From contig ADNK01002868.1 in NCBI GenBank assembly GCA_000320545.1, positions 1 through 32,356 on the forward strand: 32,356 bases of DNA, in the 5' to 3' direction. The notes beneath the pieces are model-generated. The model was given only the letters and a program-made list of their open reading frames with translations, searched no databases and was not told the origin of the DNA. This DNA comes from Bigelowiella natans CCMP2755. Its lineage: Eukaryota; Protista; Cercozoa. The position numbers were made by a program, and so were the translations under genes. Shown piece by piece: positions 10,476 to 21,587 of the stretch (its first letter is position 1; each line of letters begins with the position of its first letter).

Positions 10476-13400
10476 TCATTTGTCATAGTGCACATTGTCG
10501 TGAATGAAGTCGTCAAATTGTCTCCAAGTAGTTGTAAGACTTCGCTGTATTTCGGCCTAATAGTGTATATGTAATCTCAGAAATTAAAAGTAACGTGAAC
10601 GGAGAAGAGTGACCCGAAAAGACTTCTCCGCAAGTTCAGGTGTCTTCAAAGGGTAGAATAACATTTAGACTTGAAAGAATAGAACACGATGAAAACGGAT
10701 AAAATGTAGAAACTGACCAGATGTAATGAGAGCTTCTCTCGAACATAGTCTAAATCTGAAGTGTAGCGCAGCTGAGGCATATTTGAAGGCATGGTAGCTT
10801 CCAATAGATTCAACAGCTTTGGAGCGTTGGAACGGACGGTGAGATATGCCCTTACGCAAAATGCTTTGAACTCTTGAAAGCTCTGTACAGAAATTGCCAT
10901 TTTTCATCAACCAGAAAACAATAAATGGAAGAACGATCTTATCGCCATTGCAGAACCTTGTCTTTCTTCCACTTGGATCCACCCATCGGATACGCCATCG
11001 CAGGTGTGAGTAGGAAGGCCTCTCTGCAATGAGGGAGGCGTTTATATATATGTTGATCCCACAATTTAAATATTGCTTCAATGAAAATTTGAAAGATTTA
11101 TGTTGCTCTCAAAGTAGCAGAAAACCAAGCTTTATGCTTTCATACCGTTCTCTCTTTATTCCCCATTTTGACTTGAAATGCCCCAGAAAGTTTCCAAAGT
11201 CGATGTGAAATAAGCAACCGTCCGACTTCACCATGACGTTGTCGCTGTGTCGGTCTCCGATTCCAAGAATATAGGAAGCAACGCAATACCCAGCAAGCGA
11301 GCGCTGGTAATTAGATAAGGCCTGCTTAAGCTCCTCTGGGCGTGCATTTTTCTCTTCCAAAAACCTCTTGATCACGTGTTGCCGGAATGCGCCAACGCGA
11401 CCGCCATATTCTCGCTGTATTGAGCCCTTCGTCATGGCATCTTCCACTACCTTCAAATAGAGTGCTATTTAGACACAAAGTCTAATGTTAGTGCCAGCAA
11501 GGTCGAAAATGCACCTGTATGAAGCCCATTCCTCCCTGTCGATTGGGCCCTTCTGTTGCTATACACTCGTAGGTGCGTAATCGAAGATCCAACCCATTTT
11601 CCAACCATATCTGAGGAGGGAAACCATTTTAGAACATACCGATGATTCGGCATGTTTGAAACGCATCGAAGGCACGAACCCTGTCCATGAGCTTCAAAAC
11701 CTGTACCGTGAGCATATCCTGACGACTAAGTAGCAATGCATATAAAGGTCACTAATATTATCGTCTCGGTTTCTCCAAGTCAGCATAGTTTAAATTGAAT
11801 GCTTCGTAGCTTACATATCATCCCCTGCTTTGAAAATGACTCTGATAGGCTTCATATCAGCATCACATAATCCGCTATGGGTGCCCCGCCGATTGCCGTT
11901 TCGAGAACGCATTTGCTGTACATAGTGCATCGACTCTCCATGACTGCTCCTTGCCTGTATCTCCGAAGTGAAGCTATCTTGCAGTACTGACTCGGTACTT
12001 TGCATATGGCGTGTTGAAGAAGGCGCAGATGCATAATTTAGAGGGGGGCGAGGTGCTGGGGAGGGTGAACGCGATGCTCTCATCGTTTCTGTCAGCGAAG
12101 AAGATGAATCTGGGGCTGGGGCATCATGGAACCCTTTCAACTTGATTTCTGCACTACTATCAGCTCGTCGCACGTGTCGATCGGGCTGCTCACAAACAAG
12201 CCATAGAGGAGTCTTCTTGGAGCTCATGAACCTAACGGATACATTAACAATAATTTGTTTAACACAGCGTCGAAGCCGGAACTAGGGAACTATGGGAATT
12301 TTGCCCTCGATGCTTCTATTACTTGCACTTTGCTAGACGAAATTTTCCTATGTGAATGCGAGGGTCATAGGGCAGAGCTACAGACCTACTCCATAGGAAA
12401 TCAACATCGTGATAGATACCAGAAGTTACAACAGATAATGTATTTGCTGAATCCTTTACCTTCCCGGAATTGTCTCAAGAATATCATTGCATCCTGACAG
12501 TGCTTCACGGAGCTTGCGCCTCAACTCAGAATCAGTATGTTCCCCTTTATCTCTACAAGACGATGAATTCAATGATTAAATGGCAGTTTTTATTGACAAG
12601 CCACACTCAGCATGCTTTGTGTAATATTGCAGTGAATAATGTGATTAATGTGATCGGGGGATTTTTGTTAAAACGTAGCTGACCTCATCTTCGATATTGC
12701 TACAGCGATGTACGCAAGGTGATGGAACACTCGCATAGACATATCTAAATTCGTTCGCAGCGTTCCACAACGAGATAACAATGCCTAGTGCATATCCACT
12801 CCCATCAAACCAACAATCAGAAAGAAATGCTGAATCACGTGTTACGTTGAGGAGTATTGAACTTCGATACTTGACCGTTGGATCAGAGAGGAAAGCACGC
12901 AGGTGCCAGGCCAAAAAGAACCCGACCTTGTTCAAATTAAAACCACCACATCAATTGAATTTATCGGGTAATCTGAGAAGGCACGTTACTTGCGAAGGAT
13001 TTTTGGTGGCTCTCTCCAACAAGAAACCGGCCAGCGGGCTCCAATGGTGGTTCTCAGACTGGAAAGCAAATGAGATATATTATTCAATTGAAAAACTTTC
13101 AGGACCATGTTCACTTGTTCGCATGATCTCATACCTGAGCGGCCATGATCAACTGAGGCAGGTATTGCGTGATCTCGCTATCGTCGAGGTAAGTCTCTAG
13201 GCAGCGAACAGCGTAACATCTAGTCATATAGTTTGAGAAACGGCCAAGAAGCAGAGGAAGAATGTGTAACATCTCTTCCGGGGGCGCCCATCGTGTAAGA
13301 CATTCTACTACTGCCTCACGCGACCGCTTATAGTCGCACCAGTCTATCAGGGACAACACCCGTGGGAGGGCAGTCGAGTCGTTCTGCATTGACCATTTTG

Positions 13401-16400
13401 CTGCCATCAATGTTGCCTGGAATGAGAGGAGGGTTTCTTAATTTTCAAGTGCAATGAATTCAGTTGGTCTATATATTGAAAGCAGCACCCTTTCTGCATG
13501 GGAGGGCTGCTCCATCGGATCCATCATTAGCTGTTCGAAACGGGAGGTGTGCTCATTGGTTCTTCTTGTCCAGAACCTTGTGCTGTTTTGCGAACTTACG
13601 CTAACGCTACTGCTTATCCGTAGAGTTCTAGTAAAATAAATTACATCATCCTCGGGTTCATTGTACCTGTCAAAACTGTTGACACAATATCTCATTTACC
13701 CTTTATTCTTTAAATTTATTCCACGTAAACTCAGCGTAAAAGGTACCTATTGCTTCCTGTATTCGCTAATCGTTCTAAATTTGTCTCGGAGGATGAGCGT
13801 AGGCGCTGATGTCCACCAAAACGAGAAAGCCCTTGTTTGCTGATTCTGGCCTTTGCAATCACTTTACCAATGTCGTTTAAATCCTGAAGGTGGAGCTGGC
13901 AAAAGGCGGGCCTATTATACTTTGGGAAAGATAGATGGAGAGAGATTGTATTGCTTTTCAACGGATAGGTGGACGCTTTCAAACTCATAGTCGCGGTCGG
14001 AGGCTTGTTCACAACAAAGCTAAATATATCAGGGAGAGGCCAGCCCATGCTTTCTCCCATCGCAGCCCCGCTCTTAGAACCACTTGAGCTGGAAGAATGA
14101 TGGATAACTTGTGCACTATCTTCTCTCACATTTCCTAGATACGCTAGCTCAAGCCACGATGCCATGTAAGACCTATGATTCAACCACGCAATCAGAATAT
14201 GCTCCCCTTGTTCCTCGTAATATACTGTGGATGTACCCGACTTTCTGGGACCGCTTCGCCTCTGATTTAAGCTTCTTCTGAAGCTTTTTATTTTTTTTCT
14301 TATTTTTTCGTTTGTTTTTATCGTCATTTCCTACTAAATTTCCGGACACCGACCTTGAGCTACCGAGTATACTTGGCTCCTCGTCGGCCCAGTCATCGTT
14401 TCCTGCTTCTTCGTCCTCATCATCTTCTACTGACGGCATAGCTGACAGTATATGTTTAAGAGAGAGCATTCGTAACAAAATGTCGCCTTGGAGGATGGAA
14501 CCATCGAGATTTATAAGTGGAATTGTCCCCTGGGATACAAAACAGAATTTAAGAAGCTTCCTAGAAAATGAGAATAGGTTATTCATGATTTACATATGCC
14601 ACAACAGTTTCCTGGAACGAAGCCGGAAGTCCGTTTGATTTCAGGGTTTCTTTAGATCTCTTTCCCCTTTTGCGCATCATTAATGACGCTGCTATCGAGG
14701 AAGATGTGCTAGGCTGGATTGACGATGAAGAGAAGAACTTCGATGACAGTCCAACACTTCTACTCGGTGCTAAATTACCTTGTAATAAGGCGTGCATCTT
14801 GTCATTTTTTTAACGTTACGTAACTCTTCCAAATGGATGGTTCGTGCGGTTAGTGATGGTACCTCTTGGCGGGGCGATACTTCCTTGGGAGAGAGTTCCG
14901 TGGGATGTTAGGTCACTATCATCGTTCTCGCCATCAATTCGGCAGAGGAAAACTGCCAAACGTGCGTTTGGAGGAATATGCTTGAGATGCAGACTTCTAT
15001 GTAGAGCCACGGTTGGTTGAGAATGCCCAGAAAGTGTGAAGTACCATCGGGGAAAAGTAGAGATACACTGAGAGCTAGGAGTCTTCCAACTCGTATACTT
15101 GCGTCCTGTACGAAAGGGTAAAAAAAATGTATTGGGATGATGTGGAACTGGCATTAGAGGACATGTCGGGTTGAGAATTGAGGGCTACCATGATTTCCGA
15201 TCACTACTAGCGAGCGGATCCGCATACGGGAGGCGTCACTGAACAGTCCATCTCTGCCAGCAGAATACCCTTGCCTAGATAATACTGTTGTGTCCGAGAT
15301 ATGCGATCCAACTACAGCAGAGTCCCAGCTCACACTTGCATTCTCACTGCCATTACTGCCAGCAGACAGTGGCGGCGCTCCCGATGATATTTGAGACATT
15401 GTCGGTGTAATTAATTGATCAACTCCGTTCACCTTTACCTATAAGCAAGACCAAATATAATAATCCTTTTATATTTTTTAGCGTACTTATTGTTCACAGT
15501 CCAATAATCAATCTTTCATTTCTTGCTCTTACCGAAAACGCCTGGTTCAATAACCACTTATTCACTTTGCTGTCGCTATCTACCCTGGGAGGCGATCGTT
15601 CATGTGGAAGACTGCTTCGCCATCGCCACATTCCAAATGGAGTGCTTCTTGGACTCTTATTCCGGCGAGGAGGTGGAGGTGCAATGGTACCGCTTTTGCT
15701 TGAATTACTTGGCCTTGATGAATTCACTGGCGTTGATGAAGGCCTTGATTGAGCCGATACCATGCCTTCCATTGCTCCAAGAACGCCATTCGGCCTAGGG
15801 GAGTCCTTCCGAGGCCTCGCATATACCACAGCATGGAGGTGCGGCTGACTTTGCTTTGTTGGTGTTGGAGTTTGCTGTTTTGGACGCAATATTCTATCGT
15901 GGCTTTTTTGAGGGTTCTTCTCGAATGTAAACGAATCGGTAATTGAAGAATATTTGTAGGGTCTCTTCGAGGGCGGATTTGTGGCCTTAGGTTTGCTTGT
16001 TTTTGATGGCGGTCGTACTTTCTTAGGAGAAACGCTTCTGCTCTTTTGGTCGCTCATCCTTCGTATCAATTTTTGGACCTTCGAAGACGATCTATGCAAC
16101 TTCAAAGGGCTACCAGTTTTCTTCCCTTTAGTTTTTGTACGGCTATTGGTATTTCGTTCCTTGCTCCGACTGCGTGATGAGTTTTCCCCAAACACAGAGC
16201 TATCAACTTCCTGTTTTGTATTTGATGCTGAATTTCGAATGTTCACTGGGGAGCTTGCACCCCTAGGATCCTTATTTCGTGCATTTGACTCAATTTTCTT
16301 TATTAGATTTGTAATCCGCGTCATCTGGGTGGGCTTGGAGGTAGGAGACGAGTGACGTCTAGATTGATTATTGCCTCCTGCTTGATTCGTCTTAATAGAT

Positions 16401-17993
16401 ATCTTTAGTCCAGGGCCCCTCTGAATCGTAAATACGATTGAAAGTTTAGTTTGTGGTATGATTAATTAAAATTATGTACTCGAACCTTCCTCTCTTTTCG
16501 AGGCGGACGAGGGGGGACAGCAACGGTTTTTGAATGAGAACGGCCTACGAAGCTTTCGGTATCTGTGTTTTTCTCTAAAGTTTGAATTGTTCTATTAGGT
16601 CGTGGACTTAATTTTAATCGAGGTGGGGACTTCTTTTTCAAATTTCGATTTGGAACGCGCTTTGGCGGTGCTGGCGGAGATAGAGGCGGTGGAGTGACTT
16701 TTGGCTCGATTGAGAATATTTTCAATGGGTTTGTAGAATCCGATCGATCCTTCAAAGTAATAGTTGTATTTTTCCAGGGCAGGTGGGAAGCACAGGAGCT
16801 ATTGTAATTGCTTACCTTGCTTGCTATAGAAGTTGAAACTTCCATCACCACGAACTCAATAGGCTCCTTGTGTCTTAGTGACTCTCGTACATACTAGATA
16901 TTGATGAAGAATCTGAAACCAAGAAGTAATAGAATAGATTCGGTGAGCCTTACTCTTGATTTAAAGATTTCGGTGTCACAGAAAAGATAGTCCTCTCTGC
17001 CTGCAACCTTTATGAAGGGAAATGTTTCAAACATTTTGAGTCTACAGAAATAGATTGATAAAACCCTTAAAGCAAATTGATCAGCATTTTCCCACAGATC
17101 TTCTTCCTCAACTGGAGAGCTTCCTTCAATACGTTGACTGCGTATATGCACAATTTCAGGAAAAATATATTCGAAAACACAGGTTTAGACCGACCTTTTC
17201 TGCATAGATTTACACTTTTTGCAAAGCTGCCCTATCACGTCTCTAATCTGGTGATTACTTTCAAAGACGATCGCAGTTTTCGTGATTGGGAGCGACAATC
17301 TGACGCCTTTGATGCTCTTTGGAAGCCATACTGTACACCAGTATCGAGTCGCCTTGCTCTCATTTGTTGGTAATGGAAGCTTCTTAGCCAGCGTGGTGCT
17401 GTAGTGTGTTTTTTAGTTTTTTAGTATTAAGTCTCGTTAATCATGATATGAAATCTATCCGAAAACCAAAATAGACGACCCAGACACCTTATTCTAAGAT
17501 TTGTAGGTTGAGGAGTTTCCGCGGATGGAATATTTCTAATTTTAACGAGCAACGATTATAATGGTATTGCTGTTCGGTAAAATAACTCCTTTTGTTTTTG
17601 CCACCTTTCGAATATTTTTAGAAAGCGATCCAATTTCGGATCATCGAGAATAACAGCCTCGTCTGGTGTTAACATAAATAAAAGCATAAATTGATATCAT
17701 TTGCCCATTGTTCTCTTTTCGTACCTTGCTGAGAAAAGAATGGAGGCACATCTGGGGCCAGAAGGCTATCATTTTGTGACCGCTGAGGTTGCAGCTGCTT
17801 CGTCGCAGATTGCAAATTAGCCTAGAATTTGGATTCATTAGAAAACATCACAGAACATATGCACCTATTAGGGCTAAGATGTCTTTACCTCAACCGAGCG
17901 GCGGGTTCTTCTGGTAGGTATCGGTGGTGCGAGCCCCTTTTCAACTTTACGATGTTTGCCTTTTGGTGTAGAAGTTTTGATCATCTTTGTCAT
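10476..17993 (-). CDS. Phosphoinositide 3-kinase catalytic subunit, class I-like (Ras-binding-like, C2, helical and kinase domains); many exons, 5' end uncertain (may extend to ~18.5 kb)
   Basis: Kinase motifs MSSKKTPLWL, VIFKAGDDI|RQDMLTVQVLKLMDR|IWLENGLDLRLRTYECIAT and AGYCVASYILGIGDRHSDNVMVKSDGCLFHIDFGNFLGHFKSKWGIKRER. Helical domain ALPRVL...YAVRCL...YLPQL. C2-like LHLKHIPPNARLAVFL. RBD-like FALR|VAGREDYLF. C-terminus WRQFDDFIHDNVHYDK* with stop at 10476-10478. Confidence 0.93.
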
Positions 17994-18754
17994 CGCGCTA
18001 CGGCGAAGTTGAAGTCGTATTGTGAGCTCAGCTCTCTTTAGGTTTACCACTGCAGCTTTGAAATGGCTTTCATATTATATTTCAAGGTTTGGATTTAGAT
18101 ATTAGTAGATCTAAATTACAACACACAAGTTCTAAGCATCTATTTGTTGAATCATACAGTGTGCAGCCTAGGTAACCTGTCAGCATCACAAGATGCAGCA
18201 CTAAGCAGCTCTAAGCTTGTCGATATATCCCTTGCTACATCTGTTGTCATTTAGCAACGGTTTCATTATTCAAAGAGCCATATAATTCAGATATACTTTA
18301 CGATACTCTTTATACAAACGTTAGAAAACATATTTCCACGCATATGTAAAATCAGCTCATTGATGAAGAAGAACAACCCTAAAAACGCAATTTGTACGGT
18401 TCTGATAAACTACCTTCGAGATCCGACCGTCGAACAGATATCATTCTTTACCGAATTTGGATTTGGCAACACTTGTAGATCTTTTGGCGACTCTGCCCCC
18501 TGCGGCAGTGGGATGTTTATTCTGCAAGCAGGTGCCCTTTGGAGGGCGCCATCCAGCTACCTAATTATTGTTGACAAAATGACGTTCAAATGCATGTCGT
18601 ATAACCGAAACCAAAGGCGTTTTCTTCAAGCAACACATGATTCGTTTCTTCGTGACCAAATGAAGTAAATAAGAGCTTTTTTTACCTGCGACTTCACAAT
18701 GGCGACAAAAGCTGTCACCGTGCTTTCGCAGAGACCATCTGTGGGGCAATCACG

Positions 18755-19020
18755 ATGTCGTCCGACACCTCCAGCACCATCTTCAAAGCAATACACAGCA
18801 ACGACGTTCCCTGTCTGAAGCGTTTGGTTTTGGAGAACGCAAATATTGAGGAGTGCGGTTGTGACGGTGGGTAGCAAGCTGCAGCGTTGACATTGTCGTG
18901 GCAGTAGTTGGAGTGCTGAGTGATTTGTGACACGTGTGGTGTTGGTGTTTGATTGACATTTGGTTGACATTAGCAGCAGCAGCTGCGGCAGCTGCACTTG
19001 TAGTAGTAGTTGTTGTTGTG

Positions 19021-19054
<34 letters not shown>

Positions 19055-21486
19055 AAAGTAGTAGTTTTTACCAAAAATAATGAGTCGCTTCGCAAAGGCA
19101 TTGATGTAAGTTGTGGCAGAACGAGTAATGAACAACTCCGAAAGGAGATTTTGCCAACATTTGGAAGATGACATTGGTCATTGTTGACATGCAAACATGT
19201 GGTCATTTTGCTATAAGGTGATACTCCGTTGATCGCTGGTTCCAAAAGCGGTCATTTGGAGATCGTAAAGTACCTGGTTGACATGAAGGCAAACATTGAG
19301 GCGAAAGATAACAACGGTGGGTACAAATACTAGCATTAAGACAGCATTTGTTGAATATGTTACATAAATTATAACAATTTCAATGCAATATATTAGGTGA
19401 TACTCCGTTGATTTGGGGTTCCTTTAAGGGTCATTTGGAGATCGTAAAGTACCTGGTTGACATAAAGGCAAACATTGAGGCGAAAGACAACAACGGTGGG
19501 TACAAATACTAGCATTAAGACAGCATTTGTTGAATATGTTACATAAATTATAACAATTTCAATGCAATATATTAGGTAATACTCCGTTGTTTTGGGGTTC
19601 CTTTAAGGGTCATTTGGAGATCGTAAAGTACCTGGTTGACATGAAGGCAAACATTAAGGCGAAAGATAACAAGGGTGGGTACCAATACTAGCATTAAGAC
19701 AGCATTTGTTGAATATGTTACATAAATTATAACATTTTCAATGCAATATATTAGGTGATACTCCGTTGATTTGGGGTTCCTTTAAGGGTCATTTTGAGAT
19801 CGTAAAGTACCTGGTTGACATGAAGGCAAACATTGAGGCGGAAAACGAACATGGTGGGTACCAATACTAGCATTGAGAAAGCAATTGTAAAACATGTTAC
19901 ATCATTTGAAACGATATCATTACAATGCATTAGGTGAGACTCCGTTGATCGTGGGTTGCAGGAATGATCATTTTGAGATCGTAAAGTACCTGGTTAACAT
20001 GAAGGCAAACATTGAGGCGAAAGATAATTGTGGTGAGTACCAATACTAGCATTGAGACAGCAGTTGTAGAAGATGTTACATCATTTGAAACAATTTCAAT
20101 GCAATATATTAGGTGGTACTCCGTTGATCGTGGGTTGCTATATGGGTCATTTTGAGATCGTAAAGTACCTGGTTGACATAAAGGCAAATATTGAGGCAAG
20201 CACCGATTATGGTGGGTACCAATACTATAGCATTGAGACAGCAGTTGTAGAATGTGTTACATGATTCATTGTGACATTTTCAATACAATATATTAGGTCA
20301 GACTCCGTTGATCGGGGGATGCTATGAAGGTCATTTGGAGATCGTAAAGTACCTGGTTGACATGAAGGCAAACATTGAGGCGAAAGACAACATCGGTGAG
20401 TACCAATACTAGCATTGAGACAGCAGTTGGAGAAGATGTTACATCATTTGAAACGATTTTAATACAATATGTTAGGCAATACTCCGTTGATCGCGGGTTG
20501 CTATGAAGGTCATTTGGAGATCGTAAAGTACCTGGTTGACATAAAGGCAAATATTGAGGCAAGCACCGATTATGGTGGGTACCAATACTAGCATTGAGAC
20601 AGCAGTTGTAGAATATGTTTCATTATTTGAAACGATTTCGATACAATATATTAGATGAGACTCCGTTGGTTTGGGCTTCCAAAAAGGGTCATTTGGAGAT
20701 CGTAAAGTACCTGGTTGACATGAAGGCAAACATTGAGGCAAGCACCAATCATGGTGGGTACCAATACTATAGCATTGAGACAGCAGTTGTAGAATATGTT
20801 GCATGGTTTATTATAACATTTTCAATACAATGTGTTAGGTCAGACTGTGTTGATCGTGGGATGCTATGAAGGTCATTTGGAGATCGTAAAGTACCTGGTT
20901 GACATGAAGGCAAACATTGAGGCGAAAGACAACATCGGTGGGTACCAATACTAGCATTGAGACAGCAGTTGGAGAAGATGTTACATCATTTGAAACGATT
21001 TTAATACAATATGTTAGGCAATACTCCGTTGATTTGGGGTTCCTTTGGGGGTCATTTGGAGATCGTAAAGTACCTGGTTGACATGAAGGCAAACATTGAG
21101 GCGAAAGGCCACGACGGTGGGTGCCAATACTAGCATTGCGACAGCAGTTGTAGAAGATGTTTCATCATTTTAAACGATTTAAATGCAATGCATTAGGCAA
21201 TACTCCGTTGATCGTGGGTTCCAAAGAGGGTCATTTGGAGATGGTAATGTACCTGGTTGACATGAAGGCAAGTGTTGAGGCCAAGAACAGAAATGGGAAA
21301 ACTCCCTATGACTTGACAAGCGATGATGAACTTAAAAGCTTCATCGAGCATTGTTGCATTGAGCGATGGATCCAGGTGTTCAACAGAGACTTGAGGAATT
21401 TGTACTTCTTGAGCACGGAATTGAAGCGGGGGCTGGGGGCAGAAGTCGTCACCATCAACTCACAAAAGCGGAAGCGGTCGCCATGA
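18755..21486 (+). CDS. Tandem ankyrin-repeat protein, 13 exons (~496 aa), one repeat per 99-nt exon
   Basis: Exon 1 18755-18866. 99-nt exons start at 19218, 19397, 19576, 19755, 19934, 20113, 20297, 20476, 20655, 20839 and 21018. Terminal exon 21197-21486. All introns are GT-AG phase 1 and the total is 1491 nt in frame. Unit consensus GxTPLIxGxxxGHLEIVKYLVDMKANIEAxxxx. Confidence 0.92.
19001..19063. repeat. (TAG)n microsatellite in intron 1 of the ankyrin array gene
   Basis: Directly visible; flanked by (CAG)n and interrupted by TTG/TGG units. Confidence 0.9.
19218..21295 (+). repeat. Tandem array of 12 exon+intron units (179 or 184 bp period)
   Basis: Near-identical ggtcatttggagatcgtaaagtacctggttgacatgaaggcaaacattgaggc cores separated by homologous 80- or 85-nt introns. 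Confidence 0.97.
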
Positions 21487-21587
21487 GCTCGAAAAAACAA
21501 AAAATGTACACAGGAGTAGATGCACGCGATCGGCACAGTGGGCGATCTCGGAAGCTTCATGTTGTCCCATGCGGTCATTTTGAAGTA

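Noticed and set aside
19218-21295. CRISPR-like array (regular repeats with intervening sequence)
   Set aside because: Units are 99-nt ankyrin exons plus mutually homologous GT-AG introns. There are no unique spacers or cas genes, and the context is eukaryotic.
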